Of a DNA stretch of 64,000 nt, positions 35,839-47,692 are shown in pieces (the first letter of the stretch is position 1; each line of letters begins with the position of its first letter). The DNA comes from Amphiscolops sp. MND2022 (Eukaryota). A program made the position numbers and the translations under genes. The notes beneath the pieces are model-generated. The model did no database searches and was not told the DNA's origin. It saw nothing but the letters and a program-made list of their open reading frames with translations. Where the stretch lies: positions 42,036,001 through 42,100,000 of the forward strand of contig OZ076413.1 in NCBI GenBank assembly GCA_964187785.1. The letters are read 5' to 3'.

Positions 35839-36709
35839 ATGGATCTTGAAAGTTACAACGAACGGGTAAATTATCTCCGATCCAGTGCCCTGCCTTCCCA
35901 TATGGATGCCCGTCAACGGTACCGCTTTAAGCAAGCCATGAAAAGGTACTCTTCAGATCACTGTCTCCGCCTCCTCTTCAATTCCCGCCGAGTTCATGAT
36001 GAGGGGAAGGTGGATCAGGAGTTGAAACTCTTTCATGAAGAACTTGGCCATTGCAACCGGGATGATTTTATCGGTGCTGTTCGTGCGCGCTACTCCATCG
36101 TTGGCCTCGAAGGACGTTGCCGTAATCTGGTCACAACATGTGTGGCGCGTCTGGACGACCTCATTGGGTGTCGACTCGACGGGCCTATGATTCCTTACCC
36201 GGAGGGACGGAGGAAGGCCTTGTGCTGTGCAAGAAGGTGGGTATCCCTTGGGTGCGCCATTTCCCACCTTGGACCACCCTTGTCTCGACGTAACCAAGTT
36301 CCGTCCCGACACGCTGGACACCCAGTCCATTCACAATTGCGTCTGCTCGGCGTTGAGTGCCGTTCTGTATGGGACGCCCGCCCATGCAAATATTTTGGAG
36401 GATGTTGTTCGCCGGGAGCGTACTGGACCAGCCGGGCAACTGACGGTCCGCTTCGATGGAGACCTCCCGGAGGGCGACGTTGATGACCTCTTCTCGGTCA
36501 CAGCGACGGACACCAAGTTGCTGTCTCGTCGGCTTGGTGTCAACGTCTACAAGTATTATAATGGGTGCGGCGATAGTCCACCTGGCTGGATTACATATTC
36601 GGGCAACCATCGGGGTCACGCTGACGGAGGGATTTATTTAGCTGTGCGATGGCTCCGGTCTCGCAGATTGTTCCATTGTGTGGCCGTCACGGGACTAAAA
36701 CCTTTGTGA
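35839..36709 (+). pseudogene. Integrase-type zinc-binding (H2C2/GIN-like) domain + OTU-like cysteine protease, copy 1 (frameshifted)
   Basis: YNERVNYL...FHEELGHCNRD...RYSIVGL...LVTTC (integrase Zn-binding domain pattern) then HNCVCSALSAVLYGTPAH (OTU Cys loop, Cys codon 36338), LLSRRLGVNVYKY, GWITY, GIYL...LFHCVAV (His loop, His codon 36674). Confidence 0.65.
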
Positions 36710-37086
36710 ATTGTTCTTGTCTTCCAGCTGACTTCTCGTGGGGCAATTGCAGCTTTGGTAAGTTAAAATATCATTTTCACATTCCCCTTTCTAGACTCTT
36801 ATTCTCTTGAATAAGAAAGATAATTTGTTAGTGTTGTCGTCGTATGAAGTTAGTTGGGCAGTGCACTCTATTACTATAGGTAATGACATTAATAAACAGT
36901 AATAAAACATCCTTCCATTACTCGTTCTCGTCACTAATGCTTTCCTCCCTTTGCCTTTCCTTCGATTTAATGAAAAACTCCGGATCGTCGGGGTTGAGCC
37001 CCTCTGCGTTCTTCCAACCCCGCTGATCGTGCTCCGCTGGGGCCGATATCCTTTGACTGCGTCTTCCCGTCGCGGTGTTCTTTGAT

Positions 37087-37431
37087 TTAATTTCGTTTTC
37101 CCGGTGCTGCGTTTTTCATATTGGGTATGACCTTATCGGCCACCATCGTTCTCCCAATAGTCCTCTTCCGGTTTGTGACTTTTTCGGGATTGGATGACGA
37201 CTGACTTGGCACCTCGATGTCATGGGATCTCTGAGGGGGCGCGGCCTGGGTTACCTCGGCCCGTGTGGAGCGCAGGACTCCATCGCTGCTCACTTGTCCA
37301 TAGGGGGTGCGACCGTCCCATTCCCCCATTGTGCAGTTCTCCCTGCTCGTACCCTCCCCCGGAAGTTCTCGGGATAACGTTTCGAATAAAGGTCTTTCGG
37401 TGCGTTTCTCGTCAATTCCCACCGGGGTCAT
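37087..37431 (-). pseudogene. Unknown ORF family X, copy 2
   Basis: RPLFETL...PG...NC.M...GRTP.GQ conserved with 32230-32704. Confidence 0.55.
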
Positions 37432-38329
37432 TGGATTTCGTTTTCGAAAGTAAGGTTACTATTTAGCTTAAGGCAATTTAACGCGCAAGTTTTCCTCAGT
37501 AAAATCGCGAGAGTTAATCTAGTTAACAAATTAGTATCTATATGTACTGTTCGGCCTTGATTGCTCGAGAGATTTTTCCACCGGGGGCAACCGAGTCTCC
37601 TAATGAGGCACAGTTCAGTTGACCTAATAAATATTAACCCTCCACGAAAGTTATGGGGGTGATCAACATTAAGGCTAATTACATAATTACAGGTATGAAA
37701 GTAAATAAACGGGTCGGGTCAGAAGGGTCATCTTGAATAAATACGCTCCCATAAACTGCTTCATTAAGGTATTCGTAATAATATTTATGATGCTTTTCGG
37801 GTCTACGGCAACCGGGTATAGTTCAAATGAATGGGAGTGAAACGCCATGGTTCCAACTTCGTTTCTATTGTTGATAAACAAGTTAAAGCTTTTGATAAAA
37901 CTCGTTTGAAATTTTGACGCATTTGAGTGTAACTTTGACGGTATTCAATTTTACAGGTGGGGGGGGGTTGGGGAAGAGTTGAGGAAGCCACCTAAATGAT
38001 AATGCGTCACCCAAACGTATCTCATCTGAGTTCATCTCACGCATCTGCAACTCTCCTCATCATGTGTATAATGAAATATAAAAGAAGTTTAAACAAGGTT
38101 TTAGGATATAAGTAGGCATCCAGAATACTCTTCAGGTACATTTATAGTGTTTAGGATACCTCCCCCTTGCCGTATCTCACTTTTTTTTCACCCGCTTTGG
38201 CATTATAGATTGATACCGAAAGTTCTTATTCATTTTCTCATCAGAGTTATCCAAAGGGGCGGCGACCTCACTAGGTCCTTCTTCCTTCAGTTGGGGTTGG
38301 CTTGGGTGTGAAACTGATCCCTTAGTCTT

Positions 38330-39121
38330 TCATTTCGTACGAGTCAGAGGATCTAGAATTTCCGGGCTCGTCTGCTGAACTTTCTTGAAAGTGTCCCGAA
38401 GCATTTTCCAGTATCTTCCCGTTTTACAGAGGCAGGTCGTTAACATCGTCTGCACGAATCGTCGAGGGCCCATGTGTATTATCACTGCTGCTGGCACCAG
38501 TAGGATAATTGCGAAGAGTGTGAGCAGGACAGTGCCCACTACCGGGTGAGCCACTTCCTTCCAGTGAAAGGGCCCGTGACGCTTCAGGACTGATTCTGCA
38601 AAGGGGCGGGAGATCTTTTTTAACTCCTCGTCGTCAATTTCGTTTTCTGGTAACTCGATCACGTTCATTTTCAGGCCTTTTAACGGATCTTCATGCGCCA
38701 ACGCCCTGTATTCCTTTTGGAACTTCCAATCCGGATTCTGTCCTTGAAATTCCTGAAAAAGTTTGAACATTGACGCCAACACGGTATTCTGCTTGATGGT
38801 TATGTGCAGACCGGCTTCATGGTGGCACTTCCTGGGGTCCGGATTTAGCACTAGGCTTCCATCAGGGGTCTCAATACTCCCGTTGCAGGCTGGTCGGAGG
38901 AGGCAACTTTTGCACCCGCGAATCCTTTCTCCTTCGAGGGCTCGTCCTCCAGTGTAGTAGTAAAGTTGGTAGATAGTACTCCGGGAGGTCAGCAAATAGG
39001 TGGAATCGCCAAGGTATTCTGCTACTGGCTCTTCCGACAGCGCCACCACTTCTTGAGGGCATAACTTCAGTGCAGTATTCTGGAGGTTAAACAAGACGGG
39101 AAGGTCCCAAGTCGGCTCCAT
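38330..39121 (-). pseudogene. env: env-like fusion glycoprotein family 2, C-terminal part (Cys-rich ectodomain, TM, tail); 5' end cut by repeat A
   Basis: 263-aa open frame with GCKSCLLRPACNG and KCHHEAGLHITI, TM VVGTVLLTLFAIILLVPAAVIIHM; aligns with 59430-61175 and with the GCQICINTLECG region of env family 1. Confidence 0.7.
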
Positions 39122-39127
39122 ATATAA

Positions 39128-39620
39128 GGCTCAAAAATATTCAAGGAACAACTATTGGAAAGATTTGGAATTTTTTTTTCAAAAAAAGTATTTTTTTTAA
39201 AAAAAGTCGCACAATGCCGAAAAACTTAGAAAAGAGGCCATTTAGGCTTATGAAACGTTTTTAGAAACCGAAAACTTCGAAAAAATGCAAGGGGGTACCC
39301 TTTGATAGAATTCGAAAATTTTCGAAAAAAAGTCGCATAGTGCCGAAAAAAACCCAAAGGGGGACCTTTTGGTCTCGCCTCTACTTTTGGAAGCATCAAA
39401 AACTTGTGGTTTAGAGCGAGAATCGAACCCACGACCTCCTGCTTCTCAGAAAATTAGTTGTGAAAAACTAAGCTTCTCAGAAAACAAAGGAACAAAAGAT
39501 TGTAAAAAAGTGGACCACTCAGAGTGAGATTGCCAACTGAAAAAAAATTAAGAAAAAACTACTCACTGTAAGAGACGGGCTTTTTACCTTAAGGGAAAAG
39601 GCGCCGACTAAAAACAGGCT
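39128..39620 (-). repeat. Interspersed repeat family A, reverse copy inserted into the retroelement nest
   Basis: ATATAAGGCTCAAAAA start, AAAAAAGTCGCA(C/T)AGTGCCG subunits, ACTGTAAGAGACGGGCTTTTTACCTTAAGGGAAAAGGCGCCGACTAAAAA end; contains a B-box-like GGTTCGATTC on the - strand near 39420. Confidence 0.8.
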
Positions 39621-39689
39621 TGCCAAACACGGGGACTTACTGCTCCGTGACATCGCTACCGGCCTTAGGCATAATCTGTGTCTCGACGT

Positions 39690-40020
39690 TCCTTGGTAGT
39701 GGGTGGTCAGTTGCTGTTCGGTGGCTTCTGCATAACTATCCCTGTAGCGGCAAAGTGCTCATAGAAAATGATTCCGAGCTCCCGAACGGTAATCTTCATA
39801 TCTGTTAGAAATACGTACGAAACGTCATCCAGAGAATCCGGACAATAGCAACGAAGGTCTTGTAAAGGGAGCTGTGGCTATCAAGTCGGATTTTCTTCAC
39901 CCATTCCTCGATGGCGGCTACATTTTGGCCAGTCCCCGACATAACGTACGATAGTATGATACAGAGGCATCCCCTGGTGCCGGCAAAGTCGACTGTAATG
40001 GAGCAGAATTTGGAAGGGCC
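39690..40020 (-). pseudogene. Unknown ORF family Y, copy C
   Basis: SYVMSGTGQNVAAIEEWVKKIRLDSHSSLYKTFVAIV.DSLDDVSYVFLTDMKITVRELGIIFYEHFAATG. Confidence 0.6.
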
Positions 40021-41975
40021 GGCTTCGGTGCGTTTCCTATGTGCTGATGGATCAGAGTCGGCGCCCGCTCAAATTTCGAAGAACCAAATAATGGTAAATT
40101 TTTATTGGTTTTCCGTGTCAAAATATACCCGAAGTGATACGCAAAAAACTCGAGAATCATTTTCCCTGACATAAGATCTTAAAAATTGTTTTGAATGAAC
40201 TAACCTCGTTCAAAAGGAAACTGTTCCAACACTTGACCTAAAGGAGATGACCCGCCCGATCGGCACCGTTTCCATTCCCCGAGGGTAGTTACTTTACTGT
40301 GGCAATAAAAACACTGCACTATCTGAATTGATCTGAATTACAGTTTTAATTCCAAACAGCTTTTTCCCTTAAGTACTGGTGAGTCGAATGACGTGAGCTA
40401 ATGGAGAGATGTTGCATAAGCACTACACGATAGAGCCTCACTTACTCACCATAAACAGTTTTTTTGCGGGAGTTGAGCATATAGTAATTCTACTTGACAC
40501 TACTGCTGAAGTTACATAATCGAAATAAAGCCACGATGCTCGAACAGTAGCGAGTCTATCCAAAGACTGATTGCTGGTTGGGCACCGTGGGCAGGATTAC
40601 CTTCCAGTCTCTTCCATTCTCCGATCATGCCTGTTGAGGTCTCTGGAATTAGCAAGATTTCTCAAGGTACAATTTAAAAACTTTGATCAGTGGCCTTTGA
40701 CCAGTTTCTTCTTCCGGTTCAAAGTCATCAAGCCTCGCATCCCATTTACCTTCCTAAAAATTGCCATGTGAAGGTAACCGTGTAAGTTGGTACAGGTCAG
40801 CTCGACGAACTCTCCAAAGGAACCGAAAAAAACTTCCATGGAACATTCGCGTTCAATCAATCAGGTTTTTTCATTGTAGCGCATCAAGACCTCGAAATGA
40901 TAGTTTGCAACACCAGCCTGGGCTTCCAGTGTTTTTTGTAGAACTTGAACAGAATTCCCTCATTGAGCCTGCGCGTCTGTCTTTTCACTGTTGTGTCTTC
41001 TTTTATTTTGCAAAGTTGCATCCTTCCTTTTTCGCTTTCTATCTCGCTGCAATTTCTGAGTGTGCCGTGACTTCTTCAAGCCTACATGGCATTTGTGAAC
41101 TGGCAGACGCTCAACACTATCAGTTTGTTCTCATTGAAAAACTAATGGAAGCAAACGGAAAAAAATTCACTGTTGAAACACCTGGAGCACACAACCCAGC
41201 CAGACAGTTCTTTCCAATAAAAATATGCCTGACGTAGCTTTGCGGCATGATTGCTTTCCGCAAGCGTCCCATTGAGCTCACCTATATTGGTTTATCATGA
41301 GTATATCAAAAAATGTTTCCTCAAAAATCTCTTGTTCATAGCAATTATTAATCGAAAAACAAAATTGCACAAAACAAATGGAAACAAGCTTTTTTGTCTA
41401 CTCGGCAGCTTCGCATTCCAAGGTCCTATTTTTTGAAGCAAAAAAAGCTCAAAGGCACCTCCGACAAATACTAACTAATCTCTAAAGTCGAAATTGAGAG
41501 TAATACATTGAGAGATCAAACGGTACCGACTCTATTCAAAGACTGAATGCTGGTTGAAACTCGGTAAAAAGGGTTCTTCTAGGCTCCTCTTTCCGTCTCT
41601 ACTCTCCGATTAGGCACGTTGAGGTCACTCGATTTGGCAAGGTCATACCCAAAGTAAAACATGATCATTGGCGATGAAACAGTTGGTTCTACCAGTCCAA
41701 GTTCAACATAAAAGAGACCTTAGCAGCAATATCTCGAACGAACCACAATGACGGACGTTGTCGACTTCTAGCACGAACATACTTAGAAAAGAGGCAATAT
41801 ACATACTTATCTACGACATGGAACCTCTTTTTCCTATACAACATGTGAAACTGCACGAACTTTCTTCCAGGCTTTTTTTGTGTGTGAGTTCAACATTTAA
41901 AAATCTTATTGAATTTTTCTTAGGAATTACAATTCATTTATAATGAATGAGAAGCGTTGATTACGAAAGCACTAA

Positions 41976-42307
41976 AATATCCTCTTTTCAGACATATTGT
42001 AGTTTTGGAATTATGGATTCTATTTGTATCTCGCGGACGAGCGATCTCTTCTGATGCATGGATCACAATCAACACTTTGAATGTTTCACTCTATTGAAAG
42101 GCGACTATTAAATATTCGAAAAAATTTTCTTAGGTTCTAAATATTATTCTCTTCGGATGATTGTAGTTCAAGTGAACAATTAGCTCACAGTTTGAAAGTG
42201 GATGATTATTTAAATGTCAAATACTTTTGAAGTCTAAATGTCATCAATTCGGAACTTGGAATTTGTCCTCAACTATGTTCTTGTTTAGGTCATGGGATAC
42301 TAAGTCA
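41976..42307 (-). mobile_element. LTR copy 1 (diverged member of the 326-bp LTR family)
   Basis: GGACGAGCGATCTCTTCTGATGCATGGATCACAATCAAC and downstream blocks shared with the LTRs at 46962, 58256 and 58745; termini degraded. Confidence 0.8.
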
Positions 42308-42919
42308 TTTTCCACTCAGAAAAATTCGGAGATGGTTCGGATATTTTCCGCATTGGCTTTGGATTGGTCATGAAAACCACCAAAGATTCCTCGTAAGCCA
42401 CAAGAGTCGGAGTTGCGCATGGCGACTCGGCTCCAAAAAGACCAACGGCTGCAAGGGCAGCTATACCTACTGCGGCCCCACGCCTTCGCCGGGTTGCGTC
42501 CGGCTTCAGTGGCGAAAGGAACATTGATGTTTCGTTGCGGTTAACCAGTAGATCATTTTGAGTTTCAGCAATTTCATTTTCAAATTGCAAAAGCATCCAG
42601 TTGACATTAACACCTGATGAAATGGTGGCAAAAACACTCGAAAAATTCAACGGACAAAAGAGTGATGGGACTTGCTACAAGTGAGAAAGCCTGTGAAGCA
42701 TGGCTTCGATATCCGGTTTCATCGAGAAGGCATACTGAGGAAAAGCAATCGAAAATCGACTAAAATAAATTTCTCGGACAATATGATTGTGCTACGTTCA
42801 TATAATAAAATTCTTCTCTCGAGTAGAGCATTTGGAACCGTAGAAGTCGCAATGTTAGAATTCCAATCACGCTAAACGGAATAAGGGACAAAAAGCAGAA
42901 GTAGGAGAAAGGAATACAT
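42308..42919 (-). pseudogene. env: env family 1, N-terminal fragment of element E2 (signal peptide, RRRR furin site, fusion peptide), truncated at LTR1
   Basis: MYSFLLLLLFVP..WNSNIATSTVPNALLE..SEKFI; ATRRRR|GAAVGIAALAAVGLFG, matching 47693-49744. Confidence 0.8.
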
Positions 42920-43206
42920 CGTGTCGAAGAAAAGCAAGAAAGGAAAAAAAGGTCGCTGAGTCACGCCAGAAATCTTGATGACACAGAAATTTCCTGTTGA
43001 AAATGTCAATTCTGAGCAGGATGTATTCGAAAAGCGACGCCATGAAACTCTAAATGTCTAAGAGTCATAATGATGAAATTTAAACTAAGAGTTTGGTAAA
43101 GTAGGCGGGCGTTTGGTCAACAAAACTTTATCGGTCAAGGATGTTCAAACTGAACTTTGTACGAAAAGCAACGCTAATCTTGACTTCGAGCTTTTCAGTT
43201 ATCAAA

Positions 43207-43590
43207 ATGAAAACCAAAATTCTTGTCGCTTTTTGTGTGGTATTCGCTATGTATTCGTCATGCGAAAAAAACAGTGCCGTAGCCAAACGTTCTGGTGCTG
43301 TTCGAATGCCACAAAATATGAAGTCAACGAAAGAGTTGTCTGGAGTGCGCTTTTGCCTTCAATGTGTAAAAAAGAGAAACGTTTGGTGGAAGAAGAAAAC
43401 AATGCAGTCACCTACGTCACGTTGACTTTGTAATTGGAAGTTTTGTCTGTTGTGGCCTGTGCGGGCACTGGTACCAGGGACGTAATCGAAAAAACTGAAT
43501 CGACAGCGAAAAGACAAAGACTGTTAAAAAGACAAAACACCCCAACCTTGACTGAACATTTATCCAGCAGTTTAATGTCTAGCAATTAAG
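43207..43590 (+). pseudogene. Antisense small Cys-rich membrane protein (ORF U), E2 copy
   Basis: MKTKILVAFCVVFA signal-like start, FWCCSNATKYEVNERVV, VTYVTLTL; conserved with 50017-50395. Confidence 0.5.
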
Positions 43591-43720
43591 TGCATGGACT
43601 TTTGGGCAGACAGTTTTTGTGGGACCAAAAACGGTTTGCAGTTGCTTTTGAAAAAGGCAGGAAAATGAAAAAACTAACAGTGAAGCCGTGAAACGTTTGA
43701 AGAGAGAAAAAAGTTTTAAA

Positions 43721-44059
43721 TTAGAAGAGTAAAAAAATGATGAAGTAGCGAAAAGACATCCGAACAGGCAATAAGGAAATTAGAGTTAGGTACAATTGTT
43801 CATATTGGATTCCAGCATCAACGTGACAGTGTATGTAATCCTCTGCATAGTGAATTCCTGTGACAAAGTATTCATGACCGGTCTTGAAACAGGTCCATCG
43901 TAATTGAATAGGAGAATTTTGAGTTAAGAGACCCATTGCAGGAGAGACGAATGTTGAAAGAATGTTAACAGGTGACATCGAACTGGCAAGTGGAGAGGAT
44001 GTGAAAAGAATGACTACCTCAAATTGAGGTACGTAAACAAAAAATATAAATTTCATCAC
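43721..44059 (-). CDS. Unknown accessory ORF V, E2 copy (112 aa, open)
   Basis: STFVSPAMGLL...FKTGHEYFVTGIHYAEDY...QYEQL conserved with 50661-51054. Confidence 0.55.
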   Translation of the reverse strand: MMKFIFFVYVPQFEVVILFTSSPLASSMSPVNILSTFVSPAMGLLTQNSPIQLRWTCFKTGHEYFVTGIHYAEDYIHCHVDAGIQYEQLYLTLISLLPVRMSFRYFIIFLLF

Positions 44060-44159
44060 AAAAAGTCGTCAACTCCGAAAGTGACAAGTTAATGTCAGAG
44101 TCAAATCGAACGTTCGATGAAAAAATGGGAAAAAGACATCAAATATGGTATTAAAATGC

Positions 44160-45078
44160 ATGGGTAAATTTCGAAGGAAGTAAAACAGCATATTTAGAAA
44201 ACAAGGGAGCCTTGTTTATATCAAGAATGTGTGCGATTTATGAAGCAAAAAGAGTGGATTAAAACGGAACTGAGAATGGAGGAAAGAATAAAATGGGTAA
44301 AACGAAAGTCGCGATGTAATATCGATGAAACTGGAGCCTTATTAAGGAAAGGTAGCCAAGTATTGACAAATGCAGAAATGGAAGAAATATTTGGACCAGT
44401 GCATTACAAGGGAGGCAAGCTTATGCGAGACGTTCGTTTGTTACGAAAAAAACTTTAGTCAGAAAGGGTATGTTTTTTCGTCATTTTTGGAAGGGCTAGG
44501 AAGAGCGTGTCAGCAGTAATTATTAACGATAATAACTTGTGAGATTTGATGACATCGAGATGTTATGTAAGAATTTACGTACATGCTCGAGTGCGAGAAC
44601 AGCTTGTGGGCTTTCCATGAAGGATATCAATTGGAAAGAGCGTCACCAGTTACCGATCAGTACCGCAGGCAGAACTGCTCTCAATTGAACTTTCAGTATG
44701 TAAAGGCTCCCGATGCGGAGTGTATAAAGATGGTATGATTCCGTGTTAGCTGAAGCAGGTGGAAAGTGCTGGTTTTCAGCAATTTGGTTTCTACTAGTTG
44801 GCAAGAAAAGCGGTGATTAAACTTTAAGGAGAAGCTACTAATATTTATGTAATATTCGGTTTTAAACTGTGTCTTTGTGGAGAATAAAGAACATGAATGA
44901 TCTGAACAACTTGAGAAAAGGTATCGAGAAACGCAGAAAGGAGCCTGATTCTGAGGAAATTTGCCTCAGGGTATTGAAGTACGCCACAATTCCCCGAGAG
45001 ATAGACGCGGTGACAAATTCGAACCAAGCCGTTCGAGAGCCTTGGGTGTGTAGTCTACTGGCCTTATTAGTCTACTAG
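44160..45078 (+). pseudogene. Integrase-Zn-finger-like + OTU-like gene, copy 2 (3'-truncated)
   Basis: VLTNAEMEEIFGPVHY..SFLEGLGRAC, GGKCWFSAIWFLLVGKKSG (Cys codon 44767), YATIPREIDAV..EPWV; each block aligns with 51154-52334. Confidence 0.65.
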
Positions 45079-45303
45079 CCTTATTAGTCTACTGGCACGA
45101 CGAAGACAATCAAGGGTGGATTCGCTGTCCAGCAGCGGGGCGCTCACCGACGTCTACTGTTCGAGGGACGTTGTTACTGCACTGGACACACTCAAGAAAG
45201 TATAAGATGTTCCATTGTGAGTCAATAATAAAATGGCCAATAGGAGAGATAGTTTGCTATTTTTAATGCATGTAAAAATCGGTGTAATGAATTGATTTGG
45301 CTG

Positions 45304-46337
45304 TTAGGGCTGACAAGTCATAAGAAAGAGCTCATGAAACGGAGCCAGTGAAAAATACAAAAAATGCTCGAGCACGTTGTTCTTAGTAGTCAAAACACAC
45401 TGAAAATGATTACACTCATGAACTGTCATCTGAGGAATTATCTCAGGAAAAGGTTTACTCAGGAAAGCTACTTTCAATTGATTAGAATTCTGACCACGAA
45501 TTTGGTTATAAGCACATCTTTGGACTTGCTGCGTTTGATTATCCTGAAGGACTTTCAGTTGATTTGTAAGTTTTAGGTTGCGTTCTTCAAACTGTTTAGA
45601 CATTTCATCTAGTCGATTGTCCAGCGCCTCTTGACTAGTACTCAATTTAGTCAGGGCAGTAACAAATGTGTCTGTTACTGATAATGTGTCTGTAACTGAG
45701 AAGCCGATTTCACTAAATGCATCAATGACTGCATCATCTGTTTTAAAGAAAAAATGGATTGAAAAATGTTTAAATGCAAAAATACAAATACATAAATCGT
45801 CAACTGTAATATTTTCTAGTTGTCTGGTATAATTTTAGGAACTGTCGCCGAATTGGCTTTGAAAGGGCCCTTTGAGGTGATCTATTGATATCTGGAAGAC
45901 GTGCAGTATCTTGATTAAAGCGTGTCTGTTCCGCAGCACCATCAGCTGCTGCGCCGTTTATTGGTGCGGCCGCTGGAGGATTAGGTTCCGGATACGCTTT
46001 AAAAGCGTTTGTCTGTAAAATTACGAGAGAGTTTTCCGGATTATCTGTTTTTGGATCGAACTTAAGGTTTTCGAGATTCAAAACCGATAACTCTTGTAAT
46101 TGCGGGTTGCAAGAATGGTTTTTATGTGCTTCAAGTGACAAAGCTAAATCATTTCGCATTGCCAATGATGAAGTTTTAAAATAGCAAAAAGCGGCATCAC
46201 GCAGATTCAAATGTAAAAACTTGCCTGTTGATTAGGGCAGCGACAGCAATAATACTCTGGAGCAAGTGCTCAAATTCTCGAAATTTTTCTTTTCCGATTC
46301 CAGAACAAGGAGTAAGAGTGGGGTGAGGTTGAGCCAT
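45304..46337 (-). pseudogene. gag: gag-like capsid ORF (frameshifted)
   Basis: MAQ..SGIGKEKFREFEHLL..FLHLNLRDAAFCYF..LENLKFDPKTDNPE..AYPEP, Ala/Pro-rich linker, coiled-coil and N/Q-rich C-terminus with Cys/His remnants; lies 3' of an LTR on the same strand. Confidence 0.6.
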
Positions 46338-46961
46338 AGTTTTCAGTTAAGACTGAGAGTTGAGAAGAAACGATTATAGGAAGAATAAGAGGATGAAAAT
46401 AGAAAATGATAAGTTAGTGAACTTCAAAACAAAAGTTTGGGATCTGAGAACCAAGAAAAGGAACTTGAAGCAAAAAGCAAAAATTAGACAAGGTTGCGTA
46501 TTCAAAAATCAGTTGTTCGAGACGTCCAATGACAAAAGGAAGAAATTTCATCAGTTATGAATGAATTGATCGATTCCAGAAAGTTTCCAGGACTTTCAGT
46601 GTTCTTCAAAAGGAGATTAGAAATGCGAAATATCTGTGAAAATTAAATCAGTCAGAATGAGTTGAGACCCAAAAAAGAACATCAATATCAAATTACTACT
46701 TCAAAACTGGCTTTAATCGCACCAATCGCATTTCTGTTGTAGTTGTGAAGTCATCGTGGAAGCCGATCGCATTGATCAAACCGAAAATAGTCGTCGAAAC
46801 ATCAACAACGAAGTCATGTAATTGAATTCTTTCACCCAAGACAGTTGCATTGAATATAGGCATTTCGTAAAATTTGAAGAATTCTTGTAGAAAACAAAAG
46901 CGAAGAACACGTTTTCTCAATGTTCAGTGTTTGTAGTTACAAAGATACTACCGGCCACTAA

Positions 46962-47287
46962 TGTATCCTCCTTTCAGACATATTATTTTGGAATCACAAT
47001 TTCTTTTTGGATCAAGAGGACGAGCGATCTCTTCTGATGCATGGATCACAATCAACTCATCTGTTTTACTCTATCGAAAAGGCGACTGTTCAATATTCGA
47101 GTTAGTCTCTGTTCTGTTTTAAATATTATTTACTTCGGATGATTATAATTTAGGTAAATAAACAACTCAAAGTTTGAGAGTGAATGATTATTTAAATGTC
47201 AAATAGTTTTGTAAATGTCATCAATTCGGAACTTCAGGAATTTATTCTCAATTATGTTCTTCTGTTTAGGTCATGGAGTACATGACA
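46962..47287 (-). mobile_element. LTR copy 2 (3' LTR of element E1), 326 bp
   Basis: On the - strand begins TGTCATG and ends GGATACA; 8 mismatches versus 58256-58581; immediately preceded by a polypurine tract. Confidence 0.9.
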
Positions 47288-47298
47288 CTTCCTCCCTT
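47288..47298 (-). promoter_or_regulatory. Polypurine tract (PPT)
   Basis: AAGGGAGGAAG directly abuts the TGTCA start of the 3' LTR on the - strand. Confidence 0.8.
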
Positions 47299-47692
47299 GA
47301 AAACACTTCCGGCGTCTAGAAGAAGCCATCATCTGGTTGGAGAAAGAGTACAGGTGGTATGCGACAGACCCAAAGTTGAGTAATCCCATATAGTTCCAAA
47401 TCCAATGAATATTGAATGTAAAGCCAGCACAAGATCCAAGTTGGCCCAAAAAGAAATTGTTGTCATCAAAGAAGTTGCATGGTGTCCAGTCCAGGAGTTG
47501 TTGTGCCAGAAATTTACTACTTTCGTATTTTACATGATACTGCAAGAAATATATGATTGAAATGAGTTTTATGAGAAAATAGATGATGATAGGAGAGGTA
47601 ATGCGGCAACAAGTCATTTTGAAAACAGTTCGTCAAGTCAAGCAAGTGGGAGTTTCATGCTGGTTATGATCATTGATATCAACCGGGACAGA

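Noticed and set aside
39410-39455. tRNA-like B-box fragment (GGTTCGATTC on the - strand)
   Set aside because: No A-box or cloverleaf; embedded in repeat family A.
40561-41440. 158-aa + strand ORF (40761-41237) and a decayed - strand frame
   Set aside because: No motif and no second copy in the window to show constraint; probably retroelement debris.
47252-47617. Possible post-env ORF Z with faint similarity to 46696-46920 and ~41600-41750
   Set aside because: Similarity is limited to scattered hydrophobic residues and short nucleotide matches; the ORF runs into the PPT/LTR. Needs a real alignment.
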